From Mobula hypostoma (Eukaryota), in NCBI RefSeq assembly GCF_963921235.1, contig NC_086108.1, positions 12,586,001-12,650,000 of the forward strand: a stretch of DNA of 64,000 nucleotides, read 5' to 3'. Each line of letters starts with the position of its first letter. Position 1 is the first letter of the stretch. Positions 38,488-48,850 of the stretch are shown here, in pieces. Under the pieces are notes generated by a model that saw only the letters and a list, made by a program, of their open reading frames with translations, was not told the origin of the DNA and did not search any database. A program made the position numbers and the translations under genes.

Positions 38488-39165
38488 AAGAATCAGAATC
38501 AGGTTGTTAAATAAGTAGTGCAAAAAAAGTAGTGAGGTAGAATTCATGGGTCCATTGTCCATTCCAAAATTGGATGGCAGAGGAGAGACAGCTGTTCCTG
38601 AATTCTTAAGTGTGTGCCTTCATGCTCCTGTACCTCCTCCTTGATGGCAGCAATGAGAAGAAGGCATTTCCCGGGTGGTGGGGGTCCTTCATAATGGATG
38701 CTGCTTTTTTGAGGCATTGCTCCTTGAAGATGTTCTGGATACTACAGAGGCTAGTGCCCGTGACTGAGCTGACTGAGTTAACAACTCTGCAGCTGATTTT
38801 GATCCTGTGCAGTAGACCCGCCCCCCCCACCATACCAGACAGAGATGCAGCCAGTTAGAATGCTCTCCATGGTACATCTGTAAAAATTTGCGAGTGTCTT
38901 TGGTGACATACTAAATCTCCTCAAGCTCCTAGTGAAATATATTCACTGTTGTGCCTTCTTTGTGACTTTGTCATTATGCTGGACATAGGACAGATCCTCA
39001 GAGACATTGACACCCAGGAACTTGAAATTGTTCACTCTTTCCACTTCTGATCCCTCTGTGAGGACTGGTGTGTGTTCCCTCGTCTTATCCTTTCTGAAGT
39101 CCACAATCAATCCTTTGGTCTTATTGATGTAGAGTACAAGGTTGTTCCTGTGACACCACTCTTTC
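38488..39165 (-). mobile_element. Rex-like LINE 3' fragment
   Basis: WCHRNNLVLYINKTKGLIVDFRK...FKFLGV; (GATTCT)n tail. Confidence 0.85.
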
Positions 39166-41109
39166 TGTGCTCTGGACAACCATAGGTGTGAAGATTGCCA
39201 GTCTGAGCTCCAGGTTTTGGAATTTGATGTCACTCCAGTCCAGTGATGGGGCTGAATTTCATGGCGAGCAGGAGGTGATGAAGAGAAAGCAGGCGAGATT
39301 GGGTACCAGACAGCCAGATGTTAAAAGAGCACCCCTGTCAATTCATGCACAGTTCAGGACAGAACTGTCTCAACACTGTAAAAAAATGAGGTAAATTTTC
39401 CCAGTGTTAGCCTTTTGGAACAAATACCAGCACTGAATATTCAAAAGGTTTCGACTAGTTGGGATGTGCTACCATTGCAAAATATGCAACTTCATCTATT
39501 TACCTGACTATATTCAAAATGTTAAGTTCAGTAGGTGATTATAGAAATTGAAACTTAGTTAATCATATTGGTGTTGAAGTATAAATCATTCTGCCACACA
39601 AGTGAAATTCTCTTGAATTTTTGTGGACTCAATCTCTCCTGGAGCCTTGCTGTGTGAATAAAGACATTTATATTGGTTTGTGTGTTAGGTCACAAACACT
39701 TTGTCACAAATTGAGGTGACATCATCGCAATTGAGTGTTGTTTCTTGCTGAGTGCTCGCATTTCTATTGGCCCGACTGACTCATTGTTGTGATTGGTTGG
39801 CTGTCATGTTGGCCACTTGTCTCTGCCTGGTCCCAGCCAACCAGACAGCTGATTGTTCTCTGCTGGCCTGTATCCCTGGTTATTGGTCGTTGTGAGTGTA
39901 GCCCCCTAGTAAGCCTTAGGCTCACTCAAATCGCTTTCGTCTAGGGGGAGCAGCCTTCAGTCCCGCCAAACTGGGTAATCAACTTTGTGTGGATGCTGTG
40001 TGATGTACCCCTCCCCCACAATAACAGACAATACACCATATGCGATTGAATGATTACAATTTATAGATATTACTGGAACTATGTAATTAATAGAGATAAA
40101 ATATAAAGGGAAAGTAAAAGGCGCCAAACTTACCAAAGTTCAACCACTTCATGTACAACAGTTGGAGTTCAAGTAACGGAGTCTTCTTTCCACCATTCGA
40201 TCCCCTCCGACCCCCTCAACCCGCCGCCTGGGATCAACCATGGTGGTCGACCAGACGCTCCACACGAGTCAGTCTTTGCGTCTCCTCTCCTCGCCGAAGA
40301 CTCTGGGCCTCAGACTCCCGCTCGGGGTCCGTCTCGTTGGCCAGCTTACAGCATCGTGTCTCCTCTCTCTGTCCCCATCGCACCTTCTCCCCCAAAGCCC
40401 GCGCAACACAATTGTTTACAAACACACAAGAAAGAATAACATTTATCCCAATTGGTTCATTCTCTCTCTTATCAATAACATAACCCAAACAAGCAGAGAG
40501 AGAGAGAGAACTCTTTACATCGCAGTTATTTCAGAAAAGCCATTTTAATTATGACATAACAAAGAAGCCATTTTGATTAGCCTACGCAGTAACATAAAAG
40601 AAGAAACCCCTCACACTCTCCCCCCACCAAATAAAGTCATGTCCTCAAGACTTCTAAATAACTCGCCCACCCTTCCTGCAGACACAAAAACCCAATCCAG
40701 GTACAGTCACATGGCTCCCCAAACAGTAGACCTTACGCCCTGTTCCATGAGCACTACATAGGCCAACCTATCTTGTAGTTTCCTAATCCTCCGAGACCTC
40801 CGTATCCCCTCACCTAAACCCTGAAGGCTTAGACACTACTGGGGATACCTCGGGTCTGCTTGCCAACTCCTCTCTCAATCTCTCACTCATGCCCCCACAG
40901 CACTTCGGAGCCCCCGTCCCATGTCCGGGGCCCCGCTTCTTTTCCTTCAGGGTCCTGCAGTAACCCAAGCTGCCCACACCTAGCCCTTCCCACTACCTCT
41001 GACTCAGTGGGAGAAGGGTCAAAAGTCTCTTTCTCAATCAAGAGGAAGTTAGCGAAAGGCAGCATGTACCACACATCTAGCACATCATCCTTCGAATCCG
41101 TATTCTTCC

Positions 41110-41500
41110 TCATTTCCTCGATCGGTAGCTGCTGTTTGATTTTCTCCAAACTGAAGCACTTAGCCTGGGCTGCCTCTGCAGCCTCTCCAGCCTCCTGTGA
41201 TCGAAATGTCAGCTTCTTCTCTGACTCCTCCAACCCTCACCCTAGTCTCAGCAGTTCTGACCCACGCTTCATGTCCATCTCCATCTGGGATGCAATTGCA
41301 CCACCAGCTTCTTCCAATCTGTTCTGGATCGATGTCTTGAGTTTCTGCTGATCCTTTCGAAGGTTGGTCATTGTTTCGTCTCTCTGGATTAATTCATCAG
41401 TACATGACCACAGTCTCGGCTCGGAATTCCATTTCCCCGTCTCCACTTTGACAAGCGTGAACTCTAGGTCTTCAGTGGTTGTCCCGGACTCCGGCACTCG
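41110..41500 (-). pseudogene. Captured fragments of a sarcomeric (class II) myosin heavy chain rod inside the Gypsy element
   Basis: EDLEFTLVKVE...[35 protein letters not shown] and [34 protein letters not shown] match myosin rod motifs as I recall them ([58 protein letters not shown].K). Confidence 0.85.
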
Positions 41501-42363
41501 CCTCACATCATTGTCCCCCAAGGCAAATCCAAACCCTAGGCAATCATCCACATACGCCAAAACTCCAAACACCTCCACATCCCCCATGGTCTTCCTCATG
41601 CCCCACGGGAAGGTTGCAGGGGCTCTGGATAGGCCCTGTGGCATCCTTTTGGATCAGAAGAGTCCTAGGGAACCTATAACAGCCGTCTTCTCCCTGTCAG
41701 CCTCACTCTTCGGGATCTGGCAACATCCACTCCTCAGATCCAGCACATTAAACCACGTCGCACCATACAAACAGACCATAGCATCTTCGGCCCTCAGGGC
41801 TGTATTCTGTTCAATGACAGTGCACCTGTTCAGAGTCCTATAATTGTGTGGATTACGGCGACTGGACTCTGTAGCTGTGGAAGACGTAGGCACACACACA
41901 CTGCCTACGTCTTCCACAGCTACAGGGTCCAGTCGCCGTGACCTCTCTGTCACCGAGGTGTCTTCAGTGGTCAATTCCCCTCCCTCGTGGTATTTCAGAG
42001 CGTCTACTAAGAGGGTCTCACCCTCAGATACCTCCCCCAGGCCGTACCACAATCGGCTCTCGTTTAATTCGGTACCGGCCCGAGGCTGCTACACACGTCC
42101 TCACAAGCAGCTCGAAACACTGGGTGCATAGACAATGCCCCATGAACTCCAGTGTCACTAACCAATATCGTCTTCTGGATAATCACTGGCACTGGTACTC
42201 CAAATCTCCAGTTGCCCTTAATATTGTCAAGGGTAAATGCTTCAGACACCGGTTGTAAAACGAACTGTACAACAACTTGACCTGCGCCCCAGTGTCGAGG
42301 ATGGCTTTAGCATAGCTTCCATCTATCTGTAACGACACACGGGGGCGTAGTCCCTCCAAGCCT
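41501..42363 (-). pseudogene. Degenerate Gypsy protease and partial RT
   Basis: AILDTGAQV protease motif near 42285-42310; RT motifs [36 protein letters not shown] and YVDD. Confidence 0.88.
41855..41939. repeat. Near-perfect inverted repeat: 38-bp arms, 9-nt (CA)n loop
   Basis: Arms 41855-41892 and 41902-41939 differ at one position. Confidence 0.95.
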
Positions 42364-43074
42364 TCAGGAATAGGGTCTTTTCCTTTCAGAAGTTCCTTGG
42401 TACATTGCTGGGAATGTGCTCCCCAGAGACCCCAAGCCGTTCTCCCACTGGGCCTCCTCTAAGTTTCCCAACACCTCTCTGATCAGCTGAACAACTGAGG
42501 GAGTGGCTGATCCCCTGAAATGATCCCCCTGGCACCGCAAGCAATTTAGCCACCCTCCTAGCCAGAGAAGATGCACTGAAAGCTTTTTCCCAATCTCCTG
42601 ACACAGGTATGGAAAGCCCCCCGGGCACTGCATTTTACTTCCAGTCGAACCAGACGCATTTTCCCCCACTTCCAAATAACTGGCAGCTGTCATTATGGGG
42701 TAATTGAACCTGACAGTTCTAACACCATCAACAGCCTGCCTACTCAAACTTTCAACCAATCCCTGTCGCTCTCCCTGAACTGAGCACAGCCACTCATCTA
42801 ACAACTGAGCAATCCGTTCCACCCACGTCTTGTACGCCTCCACCCCTTTAGGGGTGGACAATATCCCAAAAGCCAGGTGGAGCCTGCCATAGCTGGAACA
42901 TTTATCCGCAGACACTACCTCCGAATCAGACCACTTTTTCCTCTCTTTCCTAACAGTATGGACAGCCCCTGGTCCCACCAACACGCATGCAGTAATAACC
43001 AGCAATCCCACAGAGACACGCATCACTAACTGCAATCCCACAGAGACACAGCAGCACTGATTTAAACAGGGCAA
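42364..43074 (-). pseudogene. PNMA-type Gypsy gag remnant
   Basis: YGRLHLAFG...GVEAYKTWVE...LDEW...ERQGLVESL...A resembles the PNMA/Gypsy capsid N-terminal motif. Confidence 0.75.
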
Positions 43075-43098
43075 TCACACAGCACCCCACTGAATCCA

Positions 43099-43116
43099 GT
43101 CCTGGACGAGCCGCCA
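43099..43116 (-). promoter_or_regulatory. Primer-binding site, tRNA-Pro-like
   Basis: TGGCGGCTCGTCCAGGAC lies 2 nt after the 5' LTR; 15/18 match to the tRNA-Pro PBS TGGGGGCTCGTCCGGGAT. Confidence 0.75.
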
Positions 43117-44359
43117 AATGTAGACCCCTGGTAAGCCCCAGGCTCACTCAGCTCGCTTTTGTCTAGGGGGAGCAGCCTTCGGTCCCACCAAACTGGGTAA
43201 TCAAGTTTGTGTGGACACTGTATGATGTACCCCACCACGCCAAATATCAGACAGTACACCATGTATGATTAAATGATTAGAACTTATAGATATTACTGGA
43301 AATATGTAATTAATAGAGATAAAATATAAAGGGAAAGTAAAAGACGCCAAGCTTATCAAAGTTCAACCACTTGGTGCACAACCATTGGAGCTCAAGTAAC
43401 GGAGTCTTCTTTCCACCATTTGATCCCCTCCGACCCCCTCGACCCGCCGCCTGGGACCAACCACGGTGGTCGACCAGACGCTCCACACGAGTCTGTCTTC
43501 ATCTCCTCTCCTTGCTGAAGACCCTGGGCCTTGGACTCCCGCTCGGGTTCTGTCCCGTCGGCCAGCTTGCAGCATCGTGTCTCCTCTCTCTGTCCCCATC
43601 GCGCCTTGTCCCCCAAAGCCCGTGCAACACAATAGCTTACAGACACACAAGAAAGAATAACATCTATCCCAATTGGTTCGTTCTCTCTCTTATCAATAAC
43701 ATAACCCAAACAAGCAGAGAGAGAGAAAACTCTTTACATCGCAGTTATTTCAGAAAAGCCATTTTAATTATAACATAACAAAGAAGCCATTTTGATTAGC
43801 CTACGCAGTAACATAAAAGACGAAACCCCTTACATGGGCATTGGTTCTTCGGGTGGCCACAGCTCACTGCACTGCCCTGATCCCGCAGACACAAAGTGTT
43901 CATAAATTGCATCCAGTTCAATATCCTTGTTAACAGTTTTCCCTTGAGAATCAAGCTTCTAGGAATTCTCTTGATTTCCTGTCTTATGTTTCATCCAGGA
44001 TTTTTGTAGTTTCCCAAACGAACTTGTGTCCTTCTGGGTGTGCCAGAGGATCGTGTCTTCTTATGGCTAGCTGATGTTCATGTAGTCTCATGAGCAGATT
44101 TCTTCCCATCTGTCCTACATCTTGTTTGGGGCAGTCTCCATATTGGATTTGGTATTTTACATTTGTACTCTCCAGATGAGCTGTTGGATCCCAGTTAAAG
44201 CTGCCATGTGGCTCAGATTTAGCACATAAGAAGAGGAAGAAGAGGAGACTTCAGATAATGTGTGGATGAAGAGTTGGATTCCAATTCCAGTGTCTATGGG
44301 GCCAGTTCCACGGAAATTGCTTCAGGCCTGAAACACCTCAGTGCAATAATATTGTGGTA

Positions 44360-44536
44360 GCACACACAAAATGCTGGATAAACCCAGCAGGCCAGGCAGA
44401 GTAAATAGTTAACGTTTCTGGACAAGACCCTTCATCAGGATTGTTTACTCATTTCCATAAATGCTGCCTAGCTTGCTGAGTTCCTCCAGCATTTTGTGTG
44501 TGTTGCTTTGGATTTCCAGTATCTGCAGATTTTCTC
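44360..44536. mobile_element. Short inverted Penelope terminal fragment
   Basis: Inverted arms around a degenerate hammerhead. Confidence 0.75.
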
Positions 44537-45384
44537 AACATTATGGCAGGTTGCTAAACTGATAAGTTGGAACTGGAGAGGAAGGAAGAAAAATAGACGG
44601 AAATGGAAATGAAAGGCAAAAGAGAAAGAGAGAAACAAGAACCAAGACTGTCAGGAAAGGAAGCAGTCTTTGCTTACTGGTACCTCCAGGTTATAAGCTG
44701 AAGGTGCTGATCTCGAGCTCCCCTGTCCATTTTAGCTATAAATTACCCCCAGCAGGCACGGCAGCTCAGTTCCTAGTCAGAAGAGCCTTATTAGAAGGAT
44801 CCTGTCATGAGGCCATAAGGCTTCAGTTAAGGAACTAAAATGGAGCAGTCACACCGCTGGGAGTGTACTGTGGACCGGCAATCACACCACCAAAGGTAGA
44901 AGAAAATATTTCAGTGAGAGCAGGAAGAGTGGGAAACTTTAATTACTCTAATATTAACACAGTGTAAAAGATAGAGGACAAAGAATTCCCAAATGACATT
45001 GAAGAGAAGTTTTCTTCGTCATTATGTCTGCATGCGACAGCAACCACACCCCGGTATACTGCTTTGGCAGGCAGGGTAAACCAGCTGGGGGTACAGGCGG
45101 GCCTCATTCCCTAGTGGGGAAGGGACATGCCTGTCCTGGCACGCCAAGTCAGTTCTGCTGGACTGGGTGGACGAGATCTGATGGCTAGGGAGGCAGGACT
45201 GCAACGCTCCATGGACAGTGAGGGGGATGACGAGGCACAGAAGACATCCACTGCAACCAAGAAGGATCCCAGTTTGTGACGCTTGTTGGTATCACTGGAC
45301 CAGGATGGGCCAAGTCTACGTTTGGTTTTTGGGAAAGGAACGGGGCAGGTTGAAGTGTAGTCAGATATTATTCAATTAGTTTTG

Positions 45385-45712
45385 GAGTCACTACAGCACA
45401 GAAACAGGCCCTCCGGCCTACTTAGTCCATGCCGAACTGTTGTTCTGCCTGTATTCCTCCTACTGACCCCCACCAGGACCATAGCCCTCCAAACCCCTCC
45501 CATCCAGCTACCTCCCCAAACAAATTTTGTAACCAACACCACATCCACTTATGCTGGCAGCTCATTCCACACTCTTCCCATGCTCTGAGTGAAGAAGATC
45601 CCCCTCAGATTCCCCTTAAATATTTCACCTTTCACACTTAACCCACAACCTCGAGTTCTAGGCTCACCCAACCTCAGCAGAAAAAGCCTGCTTACACTTA
45701 TTCTATCTAGAC
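45385..45712 (-). mobile_element. CR1 3' fragment
   Basis: Similar to 29690-30000. Confidence 0.75.
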
Positions 45713-47223
45713 CCTTTGCCATGGAAAAGAATTAGGATAAAATAGCAGTAAACATTCTAAATTGGCAGATGAACAATTGGGAGGTGATTTAGAGCACACA
45801 TCTAAAGAGATTTGAGGAGTTTGGGTCAATCACATTCAGGGGGTTTGAGGTAATCACATTCTACAACTGGAAAGGGTGGGACTACCAGATCTAAGGCCGT
45901 CTCTTCTGCGTTGAGAAGGTGAATGGGGGTAAGGTTATCAAAATCACAATCAGGTTTAATATCACTGGCACATGTCATGAAATTTGTTGGCTTTGTGGCA
46001 GCAGTGCAATGCAATACGTGCTAATAAAAAAAAAACAGGAATTTCTCTAAATGTATATATTACAATAGATTACAACGTTTAAGTTTGGATAGGTAGATGG
46101 ATAGGTAGGGTATGGCTCTGGTGTGGGTCAACAGGAGGAATGCAGGCAGAACATTAGTTAGGCATGGTGTGTGTGTGTGTTTTAATAGTTAAATTAAATA
46201 AGTACTGCAAAAAATGTAGTGGGGTAGTGTTCATGGGTTCAACTTTCATTCAGAAATCTGTTGGCAGAGGGGAAGAATCTGTTCCTGAATCATTGAATGT
46301 GAGCCTTCAGGCTCCTGTACCTCCTTCCTGATGATAGCAATGAGAGCGGGACACAGCATGGGTGATGGGGGTCCTTAATGATGGTTGCCGCCATTTTGAG
46401 GGATCACTCCTTGAAGATGTCCTGGGTGCTGGGAAGGCTAGTGCCCATGATGCAGCTGCCTGAGTTTACAACTCTCTGCAGCTTATTTTGATCCTGTACA
46501 GTAGCTCCCCTGCCCTGTCCTCCCTGCCATACCAGATGGTGATGCCGTCAGTTAAACTGCTCTCTATGCTACATCCCTGAGGCTCCAGAGGGCTCCTGTG
46601 CTGTGGAAGACATCCGGCCTCGTCCCTGTGCCGAAGACGCCGCACCCCAGCGGCCTCAATGACTACAGATCGGTGGCATTGACCTCCCACATCATGAAGA
46701 CCCTAGAGAGACTTGTTCTGGAGCTGCTCCGGCCTATGGTTAGGCCACACTTATATCCCCTCCAGTTCGCCTACCAGCCCCGACTAGGAGTTGAGGATGC
46801 CATCGTCTACCTGCTGAACCGTGTCTATGCCCACCTGGACAAGCCAGCGAGCACTGTGAGGGTCATGTTTTTTGACTTCTCCAATGCGTTCAACACCATC
46901 TGCCCTGCTCTGCTGGGGGAGAAGCTGACAGTGATGCAGGTGGATGCTTCCCTGGTGTCATAGATTCTTGATTACCTGACTGACAGACCACAGTACGTGT
47001 GCTTGCAACACTGTGTGTCCGACAGAGTGATCAGCAGCACTGGGGCTCCACAGGGGACTGTCTTGTCTCCCTTTCTCTTCACCATTTACACCTCGAACTT
47101 CAACTACTGCACAGAGTCTTGTCATCTTCAGGAGTTTTCTGATGACTCTGCCATAGTTGGATGCATCAGCAAGGGAGATGAGGCTGAGTACAGGGCTACG
47201 GTAGGAAGCTTTGTTCACATGGT

Positions 47224-48850
47224 AAACACAAAATAATCTGCAGATACTGGGGTCAAAGCAACACTCACAACACACTGGAGGGACTCAGCAGGTCGGGCAG
47301 CATCCGTGGAAACAATGAGTCGACGTTTCAGGCCAGAACCCTTTGTCAGGACTGAAGGGGGAAGGGGCAGAGGCCCCATAAAGAAGGTAGGGGGAGGGTG
47401 GGAAGGAGAAGGCAGGTGGGTTCCAGGTGAAAAACCAGTAAGGGGAAAGATAAAGGGGTAGGGGAAGAGAGGCAGGGAGGTGATAGGCAGGAAAAGTGAA
47501 GAAGGAATAGGGGAAAACACAATGGGTGGTAGAAGGAGGCGGGACCATGAGGGAGGTGATAGGCAGCTGGGAGAGGGGGCAGAGTGACATAGGGATAGGG
47601 GAAGGGAGGGGGAGGGAATTACCGGAAGTTGGAGAATTCTATGTTCATACAAAGGGGCTGGAGACTACCTGGACGGTATTTGAGGTGTTGCTCCTCCAAC
47701 CTGAGTTTAGCCTCATCATGGTAGTGGAGGAGGCCATGAATGGACATATCTGAATGGGAATGTGAAGCAGAGTTGAAGTGAGTGGCTACTGGGAGATCCT
47801 GTCTGTCTTGGCGGACGGAGCGGAGGTGCTCGACGAAGCGGTCCCCCAATCTGCGTTGGGTTTCACCAATGTAGAGGAGGCCGCACCGGGAGCACCGGAT
47901 GCAATAGATGACCCCAACAGACTCACAAGTGAAGTGTTGCCTCACTTGGAAGTACTGTTTGGGGCCCTGAATGGTGGCAAGAGAGGAGGTGTAGGGACAG
48001 GTGTAGCACTTGCGCTTACAGGGGTAAGTGCCAGGTGGGAGATCCGTGGGGAGGGACCGATCCCTGCGGAAGGTGGAGAGGGGTGGAGAGGGAAAGATGT
48101 GCTTAGTGGTGGGATCCTGTTGAAGGTGGCGGAAGTTGCAGAGGATAATGTGCTGGATCCAAAGGCTAGTGGGGTGGTAGGTGAGGACAAGGGGAACTCT
48201 GTCCCTGTTGTGGTGGCGGGAGGATGGGGTGAGGGCTGAAGTGCGGGAAATGGAGGAGATGCGGGTGAGGGCATCATTGATGACAGCAGAAGGGAAACCA
48301 CGATCCTTAAAGAAAGAAGACATTTGAAATGTCCTGGAATGGAAAGTCTTATCCTGGGAGCAGATGCTGCAGAGACGGAGGAACTGGGAATAGGGAATGG
48401 CATTTTTGCATGTGGCGGGGTGGGAAGAGGTATAGTCGAGGTAGTTATGAGAGTCAGTGGGCTTGTAGAAGATGTCAATGGACAGTCTGTCTCCAGAGAT
48501 GGAGACCGAGAGATTGAGAAAGGGGAGAGAAGTGTCCGAGATAGACCAAGTGAATTTGAGGGCTGGGTGGAAGTTAGAAGTAAAGTGATGAAATTGACGA
48601 GCTCAGCATGGGTGCAGGAAGCAGCACCAATGTAGTCCTCAATGTACCGAAGGAAAAGTTGGGGAGCAGTACCAGAATAGGTTTGGAGCACAGACTGTTC
48701 CACATAACCAACAAAGAGGCAGGCATAGCTAGGGCCCATGCGAGTTCCCATAGCTACACCTTTGGTCTGGAGAAGGTGGGAAGAGCCAAAAGAGAAGTTA
48801 TTGAGTGTGAGAACCATTTCCGCTAATCAGAGGAGGGTAGTGGCGCTGGG
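47224..48850 (-). mobile_element. Penelope-like (Neptune-type) element, inverted copy: partial RT, GIY-YIG, terminal repeat
   Basis: QTKGVAMGTRMGPSYA, RYIED, Cys linker YPCKRKCYTC, VIYCIRC..CGLLYIGET..RLGDRFVEH. Confidence 0.93.

Larger units (their letters stand above)
39897..43834 (-). mobile_element. Gypsy LTR retrotransposon, non-autonomous; 5' LTR 43119-43834, 3' LTR 39897-40615
   Basis: Two direct repeats of about 720 bp with TG..CA ends; TSD TGAG/TGGG; PPT at 40616-40631; gag-protease-RT order; integrase tail motif RRSRRIRKLQDRLAY near 40760-40805. Confidence 0.95.

Noticed and set aside
40883..41644. A functional host myosin gene exon
   Set aside because: The segments are non-contiguous, contain a stop, lack splice signals and lie between two LTRs; treated as a captured fragment
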